Source of the DNA: Selaginella moellendorffii
Lineage: Eukaryota; Plantae; Lycopodiophyta
Assembly: GCF_000143415.4 (NCBI RefSeq)
Contig: NW_003314410.1
Span: 208,485 to 272,484 of the forward strand
Reading direction: 5' to 3'
Length of the DNA: 64,000 nucleotides
Shown here piece by piece: positions 1-14,831 of the stretch. The position numbers and the translations under genes were made by a program. Numbering within the stretch: the first letter of the stretch is position 1; every line of letters begins with the position of its first letter. The notes under the pieces were generated by a model, which was not told where the DNA came from, did no database searches, and worked only from the letters and a program-made list of their open reading frames with translations.

Positions 1-643
1 TGTCTCTCAGCTCCACTCCGAGGCACATCTGCGTGAAGTTAAGCATCGGCTTGACAACGAAGTCCTCCCGGCGATGCACAGCGTAAGACTCTTTCGTGAA
101 CTCCTCTTCGTCGACTTTGGCCGAGTAGCAGCCAACAAATTTCCTGTACGAGACGAGCAGCCGCTGGAAGAGGAGCGGCGACATAAGCTTCCGCAGATCT
201 GGGACGAGCTCGGCTTGGGCGACGAGCACGGGCTTATTGGGAACTTGGGCGATGGATCTTTGACCGGAGGCAAGGCTCATGTAAGCTTCCAGGATCTCGT
301 CCCGCTGCGAAGGCTCCTCGTCGACAGCATCGTCGAGAATGGTGATGAGCCAGGTGTACTTGGCGGCCGCTAGAGCGTGCCTGGAGTCGCCCCAAGGCAC
401 AACAAAGGTGCCGTAGAGTGGCGTCCTGCACTGGGTAAAGTATTTCTTATCGGCAGCGGCATTGGTGGCATTGATCTTGAGGAAGCGAAAGGCCCAATCG
501 TTCGCCTGTTTGGAGACGGAGACGTAGTTTGGGTGGCACTGCAATGGCAGCGAGCAGCGAATTTGAGGCAAGTAGATGCTCTTGCAGGCGAGGAGCTGCT
601 CCAGAATTTGGAGACGATAGATAGAAGGCGCGGCCATTATCAT
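1..643 (-). CDS. Microbial terpene synthase-like (MTPSL) gene, copy 1; 5' part only, runs off the window start
   Basis: Colinear with 4423-5065 at a constant 4422-bp offset, with no indel or stop. ATG at 643 (MIMAAPSIYRLQILEQ...); includes the ILDDAVDEE aspartate-rich motif. Confidence 0.9.
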   Translation of the reverse strand, partial: MIMAAPSIYRLQILEQLLACKSIYLPQIRCSLPLQCHPNYVSVSKQANDWAFRFLKINATNAAADKKYFTQCRTPLYGTFVVPWGDSRHALAAAKYTWLITILDDAVDEEPSQRDEILEAYMSLASGQRSIAQVPNKPVLVAQAELVPDLRKLMSPLLFQRLLVSYRKFVGCYSAKVDEEEFTKESYAVHRREDFVVKPMLNFTQMCLGVELRD

Positions 644-820
644 TCACTCTGGAGAAGAAAGAGCTAAGGGCCCTGCTTTATTGAGGCCTTGTGACATTTG
701 ATCTCCCTATTGAGGGGTGAACAGCGAGATAAACGTGACGAAGAGCTGTTGTATAGCTGTTAGAGACCTGTAGGTCGTTAGTACGACTCCATGAACCTCA
801 TTAAATAACCACATCTTCTC

Positions 821-1590
821 ATGGAAGAGGAGCTAGCGCACAGGACACGGTCGTTCAAGCCGTCACCGATCCAGAAGCTCTCGCATCTCGCTCAGCAGCG
901 CAATGCGATCAACTTAGCGGAAGGTAAAACTGATATTCTCGGGTGTTTGTGTTCTAGCGGAGAGGTTTCCCAGGGTTTCCAGATTTCCCAGCTCCGCCAG
1001 AGGTGAAGGAGGCCGCAAGGGATGCCATTGGAGCAGACTTCAATCAGTACAGGTGGTTTGGGAGCTCGTTTTGCATGGTTTCTTACATTTCTTTTTCACA
1101 AGGCATGTACAAGGTGTTTGCAACAAAGTGGCCGAGCATTTTGAGCATTTCCAGGGTGTGAAGGTTGACTCCAAGTCCGACATTGTGCTTTGCTGCGGTC
1201 AATCGGAAGCTCTCGCTGCCGTGACTTTCGCTAGTGAGTTCGAACAGATCTTCATTTTCACTCTTGGTCCTCTTCTTTTAGTTGTTGATCGTGACGACGA
1301 AGTGATTCTTTTGGAACCGGTCTATGAGACGTACGAATCTTGCATCATAATGGCTGGAGGCAAGCCAGTTGAGCCAACTGGCTGATGAATCTTCATCGCT
1401 AATATACTTTCCTTCTCTGTTGCCATACAGGTTTTCGTGCCTTTAACGCCTCTGCTGTGGACGTTGGATTCAGAGAAGCTCAAAAGGAGCATCACCTCTA
1501 GAACCAAGGCGATTGTGATTAACAGGTATCTTGAGTAGCTTTCCTTGTGTCCTGGACTCGGTCAGCCCTCAATCTGACAATCTGACTGGA
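821..1590 (+). pseudogene. Truncated copy of the class I/II PLP aminotransferase (5' exons only)
   Basis: Near-identical to 5289-6080 (MEEELAHRTRSFKPSPIQKLS..., EPVYETY, KAIVIN). Similarity ends at ~1590 inside the SPHNPTG exon, which has an AATCTG insertion, and the preceding intron has a small deletion. Confidence 0.85.
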
Positions 1591-2849
1591 GCGATATATG
1601 GCATTGTAGCCGTACACTTGGCTCTCACACTTTTATTTTATTTTAATATAGTCTAATTTCATTTTATTATGACAATAATCTAGGGTTAGGGCCACCCCTG
1701 TTTAGGGTTTGGTGTAATTATGATTACACTTTTGCCTTTTATTCTCCTGCTATCTTCATCATGTAGGTGTTCTAGCATTTTCATTGCTTTTCTTTTGTTT
1801 TAGGCACATGGGTTAAAAATGATGAAAAGAGGGGAAACCTAAAGGAGGGATCCTCCAAATGTGGGTAATGCTCTATTGTTGTTATGCCTTAGCACATGAG
1901 CAAGTTTAGAGAATGATTATAAAAAACCCTCTCACCCATATACAGTCTACATCCCATTCCCATCCTTCTTCTAATTGGAGGTTTTCTTTCACACTTGTCC
2001 AACATGATTAATGTGAGCAACAGTAGCAACAACAATAATAACAATATACACAATTTCAAATCTCTTGATTGAATACCAACACACGCATTGGCTTGCATAC
2101 TCCTAGACCATCTTCTTTTTTAAGGCCACATAACATCACCAAGCACACACCAACATGGTCAACTCCAACTCTCAAAAGGATGTATGTGAGTGGTTAACTT
2201 TTTGTGTTTCCTATTTGCAATGCTCACTTTTTAATGGTTTTTTTTAGTCACAATTTGATACATTTGCCACACTAGTGTCTAGACAACACTTGACAAGTAG
2301 ATTTTCTAGCCCCTAGCACTACACTCTCTTGATGGGCTCCTTAACATCTTTTGAAGGTCTAATGATGGATTGCTATTGAGAGGTGGTAGCTTATGCATTG
2401 CCAACTGAGCCATCAGTAAGATTTATTTCTTTGAAGTTTTTCATAGCTAAAATGTCTCCATTCAGACTCTAGGTGGCTAACATTAAGAACCTTGCGTGAA
2501 GATTATAAAGATCATGGATATCAAGTTTAAGCTATCAGAGTGTTTAGAATAGAGTAGTGTGTACTAGATAAATGCTTTTATTCAAGAGATGACACAATAT
2601 GATATTTGTGATATGCTCCAATGTCCTTCACACAACTTACTGGCCAATTTATTTACACCACTTGATGCTTTTGTGAAGTAGTTTTGCAAGATATAAGGAA
2701 TATCAATGCATGTTGAGACTCAAGTTTGGAGAGAGCTCTTTGAAACTTTGCTTTTGGAATACTATGATTACATAGGCTATAATTTGCAAAAGTGAAATAG
2801 AAAACTATCTTTAGTTATCTATTTATACAATACATAGTAAGAGAGGTTT

Positions 2850-3651
2850 ATGGAATTAGTTTGGCCAAAAAAGGCTAATGTGACCAAGGAAAGCTACACT
2901 TAATATAACCCATGTGAATATAAATAGACGAGTGGGGTAATTTAGTGACGTGTTCAAAAATTAATTGCTCCCCCCAAAAGATGAAATGATTGATGCTTGC
3001 AATACTTACTTGGATACCTTATGTAGCTCATTAGAACCTAGTTTTAGTTACATGGCTAGAGCACTCTAGTGGTGGAAGGTGGGGGGAGTACCCATGAAAC
3101 TCATGTTATGCCACAATGAAACTCATGTTATGTCACAATGTTTCAAAATGTCATTCTAAAATCCTAGATTATAGAATGGAAAAGGAGTAATTTTTTTGCT
3201 TAGTGATTAAAAATATGATTACATAGTGAAGAAGTTCTAAAAGTTAATGGAATTTAATGGATGGGTCTTTAAACCCTAGACCAGTGGTGGTGTTAATAAG
3301 CATTGCCATAAATGAAAATAAACTTGGTGGGGATCGAAAAATGAATATTAGAGAATGGTGTTCTTTATGTCTTGAGACATCTTAAAGATGCTAAGATATA
3401 GTCATTGGATGACTACTCATAAATAGATGGCCTAGTTTGGAAAAATGAGATTGTGGTACAAATGGTCTTGGAAATATTAAAAATGTATATAACCTTCATG
3501 TAGGATTTTACATGTGAAACACTTAGACCAAGTGTGAGGTCAATATAATCGTGAGAACACATATAAAGCTAGCAAATGCCCTAAATTGAGGTTAAATGGT
3601 CAAAAACATAATTAAATGACTGAACTAGAATGCAAAATTTATTCATTTATA
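2850..3651 (+). mobile_element. Heavily decayed relic of the LTR family seen at 44907-46453 and 50073-51957 (3' half of the LTR)
   Basis: Colinear matches such as TACTTACTTGGATACC, CATGGCTAGAGCAC..GTGGAAGG..GGAGTACCCATG, and a terminal TTAAATGACTGAACTAGAATGCAAAATTTATTCATTTATA versus TTAAATGACTAAAGTGGAATGGAAAAATTTAGTCGCTTACA. Differences are mostly C>T and G>A. Confidence 0.8.
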
Positions 3652-3734
3652 AATAATAAATAATTTTGTGTGGCAATATTCAAAAAACTTACAATTAACT
3701 AGATTGAGGCCTTTTCACTTTCATGAAAAAATCA

Positions 3735-3930
3735 AGGTTTTCATGTTTGCAAGGTTAATGCAGAACAATGTAAGCTCAATTTCCTTACTGAGTTGGTTTC
3801 AAGTAGAGTTTATCATGGACCTGCTGGAGTTGCAGTCTGTGTTCTTTGGTTATGAGAATCAGGTAGCTTTTTGTGAACTTTGGTAGTAGCCGAAACTCTT
3901 TTGCTTGCTCTGCATCTTAACAGGAAACTT
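3735..3930 (+). pseudogene. Degenerate 3' end of the aminotransferase
   Basis: Patchy match to 6660-6955 (TTTGCAAGGTT, ATGTAAGC, TAGAGTTT, GCTGGAGTTGCA, TTGGTTATGAGAATC, GTAGCTTTTTG, TTTGGTAG.AGCCGAAA, ATCTTAACAG) with many small deletions. Confidence 0.75.
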
Positions 3931-3958
3931 TATGTTTTATTTTTCATGGCCTTTTCAT

Positions 3959-5065
3959 TCAAACTTGCAGATGGGGATGAGTTGGTTTGTACTCGGGGAG
4001 TATGATAGTCTGTGTATCATGAAACAACCAAGTCCCACTGAATGGCTCTCCTGTTACAAATGGATTATCAACACCGTGGTACCGAGCTGCGAGGTAGTGC
4101 CAACGTAGATTTCCAGGGATGAAAGCCGGAATCGCTCTAAGGTACGCCAGAAAGTCGTGGTTGCCAGATTCCATCGCTTTCCTCGTCAGGATCTCGTGGT
4201 AATACATGAATTCTTGTTCTTTTTCCTGAATCATGGCGTTCGCCTTATCAACTGCCTGTTGAACAGAGCGAACGGTGTGGTCCGTGAAGAGCAAGAGAAA
4301 AATTATGTTCTTGAAAGTTTTCTTCCTCAGCTCCTTTGGGAATGAAAAGATGTCGTTCACCAGCCACATATGATCAAACATGGCATCTATTGCCCGGAGG
4401 TACTCCTCGCTTTCCAGATCCTTGTCTCTCAGCTCGACTCCCAGGCACATCTGCGTGAAGTTAAGCATCGGCTTGACAACGTAGTCCTCCCGGCGATGCA
4501 CAGCGTAAGACTCTTTCGTGAACTCCTCTTCGTCGACTTTGGCCGAGTAGCAGCCAACAAATTTCCTGTACGAGACGAGCAGCCGCTGGAAGAGGAGCGG
4601 CGACATGAGCTTCCGCAGATCCGGGACGAGCTCGGCTTGGGCGACGAGCACGGGTTTGTTGGGAACTTGGGCGATGGATCTTTGACCGGAGGCAAGGCTC
4701 ATGTAAGCTTCCAGGATCTCGTCCCGCTGCGAAGGCTCCTCGTCGACAGCATCGTCGAGAATGGTGATGAGCCAGGTGTACTTGGCGGCCGCTAGAGCGT
4801 GCCTGGAGTTGCCCCAAGGCACAACAAAGGTGCCGTAGAGTGGCATCCTCCACTGGGTGAAGTATTTCTTATCGGCAGCGGCATTGGTGGCATTGATCTT
4901 GAGGAAGCGAAAGGCCCAATCGTTCGCCTGTCTGGAGACGGAGGCGTAGTCTGGGTGGCACTGCAATGGCAGCGAGCAGCGAATTTGAGGCAAGTAGATG
5001 CTCTTGCAGGCGAGGAGCTGCTCAAGAATTTGGGGACGACAGATAGAAGGCGCGGCCATTCGCAT
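3959..5065 (-). CDS. Microbial terpene synthase-like protein (MTPSL; class I, alpha-domain only), intronless, 368 aa
   Basis: DDxxD motif (LDDAVDEE), pyrophosphate-sensor Arg region (HRREDY), NSE/DTE motif (NDIFSFPKE) and C-terminal WHxxAARY. Size and motif spacing match bacterial/fungal-type terpene synthases known from Selaginella and other non-seed plants. Confidence 0.93.
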   Translation of the reverse strand: MRMAAPSICRPQILEQLLACKSIYLPQIRCSLPLQCHPDYASVSRQANDWAFRFLKINATNAAADKKYFTQWRMPLYGTFVVPWGNSRHALAAAKYTWLITILDDAVDEEPSQRDEILEAYMSLASGQRSIAQVPNKPVLVAQAELVPDLRKLMSPLLFQRLLVSYRKFVGCYSAKVDEEEFTKESYAVHRREDYVVKPMLNFTQMCLGVELRDKDLESEEYLRAIDAMFDHMWLVNDIFSFPKELRKKTFKNIIFLLLFTDHTVRSVQQAVDKANAMIQEKEQEFMYYHEILTRKAMESGNHDFLAYLRAIPAFIPGNLRWHYLAARYHGVDNPFVTGEPFSGTWLFHDTQTIILPEYKPTHPHLQV

Positions 5066-5112
5066 TCACTCTGGAGAAGAACGAGCTTAAGCCCCTCCTT
5101 TATTGAGGCCTA

Positions 5113-5200
5113 GTGACATTTGATCTCTCTATTGAGGTGTGACCAGCGAGATAAACGTGACATTTGATCTCTCTATTGAGGTGTGACCAGCGATATAAAC
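5113..5200 (+). repeat. Two 44-bp tandem units in the shared MTPSL/aminotransferase promoter
   Basis: GTGACATTTGATCTCTCTATTGAGGTGTGACCAGCGA(G/T)ATAAAC occurs at 5113 and 5157; the paralogous spacer at ~691-734 has one unit. Confidence 0.9.
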
Positions 5201-5288
5201 GTGAGGAAGAGCTCTTGTATAGCTGTTAGAGGCCTGTAGGTCCTGTTAGTACGACTCCATGAACCTCATTAAATAACCACATCTTCTC

Positions 5289-6940
5289 ATGGAAGAGGAG
5301 GGTTTTTGCCGCTGGCTAGCGCACAGGACACGGTCGTTCAAGCCGTCACCGATACAGAAGCTCTCGCATCTCGCTCAGCAGCGCAATGCGATCAATCTAG
5401 CGGAAGGTAAAACTGATATTCTCGGGTGTTTGTGTTCTAGCGGAGAGGTTTTCCAGGGTTTCCAGATTTCCCAGCTCCGCCAGAGGTGAAGGAGGCCGCA
5501 AGGGATGCCATTGGAGCAGACTTCAATCAGTACAGGTGGTTTGGGAGCTCGTTTTGCATGGTTTCTTACATTTCTTTTTCACAAGGCATGTACAAGGTGT
5601 TTGCGACAAAGTGGCCGAGCATTTTGAGCATTTCCAGGGTGTGAAGGTTGACTCCAAGTCCGGCATTGTGCTTTGCTGCGGTCAATCGGAAGCTCTCGCT
5701 GCCGCGACTTTCGCTGGTGAGTTCGAACAGATCTTCTTTTTCACTCTTGGTCCTCTTCTTTTAGTTGTTGATCGTGACGACGAAGTGATTCTCTTGGAAC
5801 CGGTCTATGAGACGTACGAATCTTGCATCATAATGGCTGGAGGCAAGCCAGTTAAGCCAACTGGCTGATGAATCTTCATTGCTAATATACTTTCCTTCTC
5901 TGTTGCCATGCAGGTTTTCGTGCCTTTAACGCCTCCGCTGTGGACGTTGGATTCAGAGAAGCTCGAAAGGAGCATCACCTCTAGAACCAAGGCGATTGTG
6001 ATTAACAGGTATCTCGAGTGGCTTTCCTTGTGTTCTTGACTCGGTATGCGATTGTGGCAGCCCTCACAATCCGACTGGAAAGGTTTTTGCGATAGAGGAA
6101 CTTAAAGAGATAGCGCAGCTCTGTTGTAAGCACGATCTACTTGCTATAACAGACGAGGTAGTAGAGAAAGGATCTTTCCATGGGTTACGCATTTTTAACA
6201 GGTGTACGAGCACATAGTGTTTCCTGGAGCAACACACGTGAGTATTGCATCACTGCCAGGCATGCTCGAGAGGACGATAGTCACCTCTTCGATTTCAAAG
6301 ACATACTCGGTGACTGGTATGGATGTCAAGATGCGTAATTCTTGCTGCTATTCTACCTATTCCGTGAAGGGTGGCGTGTTGGCTGGGCTATAGCACCGAT
6401 TCAGCTGGCGTCTGCCATAAGAAACATACACGTCAAGCTTACGGATTCCGCTCCTTCACCTTTCCAAGTGGCGGCTTTGGTCGCGTTGCAGAGCAGTCAC
6501 GATTTCTATGCAAAGCTCAAAAATGTAAGATTCATGAAAATTTTGTTTTGTTTCCGACAGTCTTTGTACTTTGTGTGCAGTGCTACCGGGAAAGAGGCGA
6601 ATACATAAAGAAAGTCCTAGTTGAAGCTGGTTTTGAGGTACCGTTTGCGGCTCAGGGATCGTTTTTCGTCTTTGCAAGGTTGCCGGATGCTATGAAGCAA
6701 AACGATGTAAGCCCCCGGATTTTCACTCAGCTCAGTTCTTTGAATTGTTTTGTTCAGATAGAGTTTGTCACGGATCTAATAAACCGCGCTGGAGTTGCAC
6801 TAGTTCCTGGCTCCGCTTTCTTTCGATCGAACGAACTTGGTTATGAGAATCGCTACGTGAGAGTAGCTTTTTGCAAAGAGATGGCAACTTTGGTAGCAGC
6901 CGAAAGAGCATTGAAGAAGGCAAAACCTTTTGCTTTGTAA
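5289..6940 (+). CDS. Class I/II PLP-dependent aminotransferase (kynurenine/glutamine transaminase K/methionine aminotransferase-like), multi-exon
   Basis: Spliced motifs INLAEGFPDF, NQY, NSPHNPTG, DEVYEH, SSISKTYSVTGWRVGW (PLP lysine), VALVPGSAF, YVRVAFCK; GT-AG introns of ~45-55 bp; stop at 6938-6940. Confidence 0.9.
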
Positions 6941-7308
6941 TCTTAACAGAAGACTATCTAATTCTTCCTGCTTGCTTGCACACTCTTTCTTGAATGACTT
7001 ACTGTTATAGCATTCAAACTTGATGTGCTGCTACCATCATTCCTTTTTGCCAAAATTTCTTAAAGAAGGAATCAATCTCCATAAGAAGTACTAAATGGAT
7101 CTCAACTGACAAACGAATCATCTTGTTCGAATATAAAAGAATACTTTTCTTTTTAAAACTAAAGAGAAAATAAGTTCTTTGATGATGTTATAAAAATTGT
7201 AGTCAATAGCCATTGTACAATTTATTGATAAAATCAGAGTATATATTAAATGTGTTACTAAATATATAGAGCATCCAAATGACTTAATAAAAAGTGAGGT
7301 AGTGACAA

Positions 7309-8016
7309 TGTAGATTTCCAGGGATAAAAGCCGGAATCGCTCGAAGGTACGCAAGAAAGTCGCGGTTGCCAAATTCCATCGCGTTCTTCTTCAACATTGA
7401 CTTATGGATCCAAACATCTTCTCTTTCATGAACTCCTCTTCGTCGACTTTGGCAGAGTAACAGCCGACAAATTTCCTGTACGAGGCGAGGAGCCTCTGGA
7501 AGAGGAGCGGCGACATGAGCTCCCGCAGATCCGCGACGAGCTCGGCCTGGGCGACGAGCACGGGCTTGTTGGGAACTTGGGCGATGGATCTTTCACCGGA
7601 GGCGAGGCTCAGATGAGTTTTTTATATGTTTTACTAATAGCCACGATCTAGTCTTATAGATCAAACACTTGTATGCCAACATGTTTTGGACCCGTCCACG
7701 TTTTTGGTGTAGGCTTGTCTCGCCGCAAGAACAGTATCGTCGAGAATGGTGATGAGCCAGGCGGGCCTGGAGTCGCTCCAAGGCACGGTGAAGGTGCCAA
7801 AGAGTGGGATCCTCCATTGAGTGAAGGCTTTCTTATCGGCATTGGTGGTGATTTTGAGGAAGCCAAGTGCCCAATCGTTTGCCTGTTTGGAGACGGAGAC
7901 ATAGTCTGGGTGTCCACTGCAATGGCAGCGAGCAGCGAATTTGAGGCAAGTAGAATACAGGCGTGGAGCTGCTCCAGAATATGGAGACGATAGAGAGAAG
8001 GCACGGCCATTATCAT
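7309..8016 (-). pseudogene. MTPSL pseudogene (third copy)
   Basis: Fragments MIMAVPSLYRLHILEQL, QANDWALGFLKI, WLITILDD and the AELVADL..MSPLLFQRLL region match 3959-5065. There are frameshifts, large deletions and an unrelated ~115-bp block at ~7610-7725. Confidence 0.88.
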
Positions 8017-8353
8017 CCAATCCACTCTTTCGAGACTTTTCTTTCCTTGGAGATTTATCACAGGGCATCAACAATACATGAGAAACATGCCAAACATGGC
8101 ACAGTGATTCATATACTGTTTATATGGTGGCACAGCGTCAAGAAGCAAAGGATTCCAAAGACAATATCATCCACAGTGGCTTTGCATTATATAAAAACTT
8201 TACAACATTTTAGGCCTGTCAACTATCTTCCAGATTTGCAGTATATACATGGCGCACATATCTAACAAATTGATCATAGCCTTCCACATTGGACAATTAA
8301 TACCATCATTTTTTGTTCGGGATGTCTGTGGTTCGAGTCACGAAGAGACCAGT

Positions 8354-8381
8354 TAGGGTTTATACGAAATGTATAGGGTTT
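8354..8381. promoter_or_regulatory. Two telo-boxes (TAGGGTTT) upstream of the ribosomal protein gene
   Basis: TAGGGTTT at 8354 and 8374, 25-50 bp before the ATG at 8406. Telo-boxes are typical of plant translation-machinery promoters. Confidence 0.55.
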
Positions 8382-8405
8382 AAGCAGGAAATGCGGTGAT
8401 CGGTG

Positions 8406-9763
8406 ATGGGGCGCTGGCGCTTGGGGCGCGTCGCGTCCAAGCTCTGGAGCTGGAGATCGTCCTCGCCGCTTTATTCTCAGGTCAGTGCGGCCGCGGGGCG
8501 TGATTAGGGTACTTTGCTGATGAATGTAGGCCTTGTCTTTGCGTTTTCCAGACTTTTGCCTCGAGCAGTATCGCGGAGGAGGGGCCGCAATGGAAGACGA
8601 CGCCGCTGGCGGGGTCCAAGCTCTCGAGAGCTTGGATGGCTACCAAGGCGGGAGGTATGGAACAGAGTTTTAGTATAGAGGGATCAAAAGCGCTTGGCCA
8701 TTTTCCAGGTGGTGGTGGTTCTAAGCGAGCTATTGAGGACTTCGAGAAGTACGTTCTCGGGAATGCTGGAGGCGAGGAAGAAGAAACCGATTTCCATGAC
8801 TTTCCCGAGGAGAGTTCCGGGAGCACAGAACAGCAGGCTTCCGCTGAGGAGCGGCCGGAGGAGGATGACTTCCTCCAGGAACTGACCCGGATAGAGAAGG
8901 GTGCCGATCGAAAGGAGCGGAGGGACAGCTTGATGACGCAGCGGGGCTACGACGAAGAGAATGTGCCGTTCGACGACGATGTTGATCCGGAAAACCACGA
9001 GTCGATGCTGGATCAAGACGACGCGGTCTTTTGGAGCGAGGAGCTCCAGAAGTTTGTGACTCCGAAAGGGCTATTGAATCTTCCAGGAATGGGAAGGGAC
9101 GACTTTACCAAGCCATATCAGCTGAGACCAGACAGGGTCTACTTTCCCGGACAAACTATCGAGCCGGAGGTTTGTTTCTTCATTCGTTTCTAGTTTTTAT
9201 ATTTTGGTGTTCTCTTAGTTTTTCTTCTGTTCTCATGTCCTCTCATTTTAGGATTTTGATGTTACCAGGATCGCCTCCAGCGATCCAACAGAGATGCCAC
9301 AACGGCAGAAGAAAGTTATGAAAAAGAACGAGGTCCTTGCAGCAGCCGACTTCCGGGTATTTCAGTAGCTTACACTTTCTTGTTCTAAAGCACTGTTTCA
9401 TTCTTTGCATGGGTGCAGAACATAAAGTTCCTCTCTCTTTTCCTGTCCGAGACGTCGAGAATACTTCCGAGAAAAACCGTAAGAATCTAGTGCCTCATCT
9501 TTCTTCCATTGTTTAAACTTGTGTTTTGGCGTTTGTTATAGACGAGCATCAGCCTGAAGTCCCAAAGGAGAATCGCTCGAGAAATCAAAACAGCTCGATC
9601 GCTGGGACTCTTACCATACTCGTCCATGGGAGATCCACCGTTTCGGTACCTGCGTAACCAGCCAGCGAAAGACGTGGATCCAGAAGACGCGTTTGATGAG
9701 TTTGAAGAGGAAGGAAGCGGCCCAGGCGGCGGTGGTGCTAGATTTCGTCGACGGCTGTTCTAA
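8406..9763 (+). CDS. Organellar (probably mitochondrial) ribosomal protein S18 family protein with a long acidic N-terminal extension
   Basis: Spliced C-terminus ADFRNIKFLSLFLSETSRILPRKTTSISLKSQRRIAREIKTARSLGLLPY is a bS18 signature. The Arg/Ser-rich N-terminus resembles a presequence; TAA at 9761-9763. Confidence 0.8.
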
Positions 9764-9872
9764 AGCTCGAGTATCTGTATCATATAGCTTGAGAGAGAGC
9801 CCCTTATAACTTTAGCTCCCATAAATGTGGAACTTATTTCGTTTCTCGTGACTTCTAACACGTTCGTGATCT

Positions 9873-11405
9873 CTAGCTCGCTTGGCAATCGAGCCGGCCC
9901 AAAGCAGCCCTGTGTACTCTCGAATCGCCAGCAGCGATCACGTTCGTTTTGATTAGCTCTGTGGATATGAAGAAACAAGAATGAATGCGACTCTTTAGTG
10001 TTTCGAGAAGAGTTACCTTCGTCAAAGTCCGGCTTCCACGTTAGTTTGTTGCCTTGCCAATCGGTTATGACTCCTCCAGCGCCTTCCACAACTGGTACCA
10101 ATGCTAAATAATCGTATGGCTGGAAGAAAAGGATCTTGTTTTAGAGATGTTTGTAAAACCACTGCTCTCACCTTGAGTCCGGATTCAACCACGAGATCGA
10201 CATGTCCAGCCGCGAGAAGACCATAGGCATAGCAATCGCATCCATACAGAGGAACTTTCACCTGGTACGTTAGAGCACAATCAGATAACGTGAAGGAAAA
10301 AAGGAAAAGAAAAGTGGCAAAACACCTCTTCTCGGACGCGAGCAAAAGCCTGCTCCGAGAGCTTGTCAAACAAGTGCGGGCTCGTGGTGTACCTGGCACC
10401 ATTGCGAAGTTAGATACTTTGGAAAAGGACTGAAAGCAAGAACCAAGCGTGATACAAATAGGCACTGGAGAGCGAATGACACGAACGAGTGCTGATTTCT
10501 CGATTGTTGAGTACGGTGGCTTGTCCTGCTACACCAAGCCACCGCTCTTTCAAGACCGGTTGATCTATAATCCCAAGTATCTGGAATTTCCAAACCGTGC
10601 GGTATAAGAAAAGTCTTCATGTGTGTAAGAGAAAAAGTGAGAATACTTACTGGAACACCGTTGTGGAGTAACGATATCAGTGTTCCAAAAACTGGCTTCC
10701 CTGCAAACGCATGGAGAAAGTGATTAGAAGAGCACCGAGAAGAATACCAACCAGTGATGAAGCTCTTGGTTCCATCGATCGGGTCTAGGACCCAGGCATA
10801 CTCTGCAATCGAATCAGGCATGGTCAAGCCACCTTCCTCTCCAAAGCTGTAGGAAAGCGATGATACACACGAGAGACTTTGCTGCAAGCTTACACTGCGT
10901 GAGAGGGAAAACGTTGGAGAATTAAAGCGCGCATGGCTTCCTCGGCAGCTTGATCGGCTATAGTCACAGGGCCTGCATTCACCAGAAAGGAGAAGCTTCG
11001 AGCAATAAAAAGAAGCACATATACTCAACTGAGATCAAGCTTATCAATGACCTCGATGCGCGTCCGGAAGTACTTGAGAGTGATCTTGGCGGCAGCGTCG
11101 GCGAGCTCGTGTGCTAGACTCACGAATCCATCCAGCGTCGCGTCACTGGTTTTTCTCGTCTCGTCCATCGGTAGAACTCGCAAGCTCGAGACAATGCTCA
11201 TCAAAAGTCAGCAAAAAACCACTACCATGCATAGAAAACTATACCTTGATCTTGATTTGCTCCACTGCGAGCGCAGCGCTAGCGACCTGGAATCAAAGCG
11301 CTGGCCGGAAGGGAGCGCTCTAGGATCGTAGACCAGCGATCGCGAGCAGCAGCGCGATCCCGTTCCACAATCCTTGAAAATGCCGCTTCCCAAGATACTA
11401 TCCAT
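9873..11405 (-). CDS. HISN7: Histidinol-phosphate phosphatase / inositol monophosphatase-like 2, plastidial
   Basis: Motifs ELADAAAKITLKYFR, WVLDPIDGTKSFITGKPVFGTLI, LYGCDCYAYGLLAAGHVDLVVESGLKPYDYLALVPVVEGAGGVITDWQG across short introns. Confidence 0.88.
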
Positions 11406-11475
11406 CTGCTAGCTACCTAGGGTTCTAGGGTTTATGGCTTGGATGGATTGCCGATGATTGATAGCTAGAGCGGCA

Positions 11476-14831
<3,356 letters not shown>

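Noticed and set aside
1591-2850. AT-rich stretch with telomere-like TAGGGTT motifs and an AAC/AAT microsatellite
   Set aside because: Probably decayed TE sequence, but no termini, TSD or domain could be supported.
3959-5065. Bacterial or fungal contamination, or a novel horizontal transfer
   Set aside because: The gene is embedded among intron-containing plant genes and locally duplicated; MTPSLs are already known in non-seed plants.
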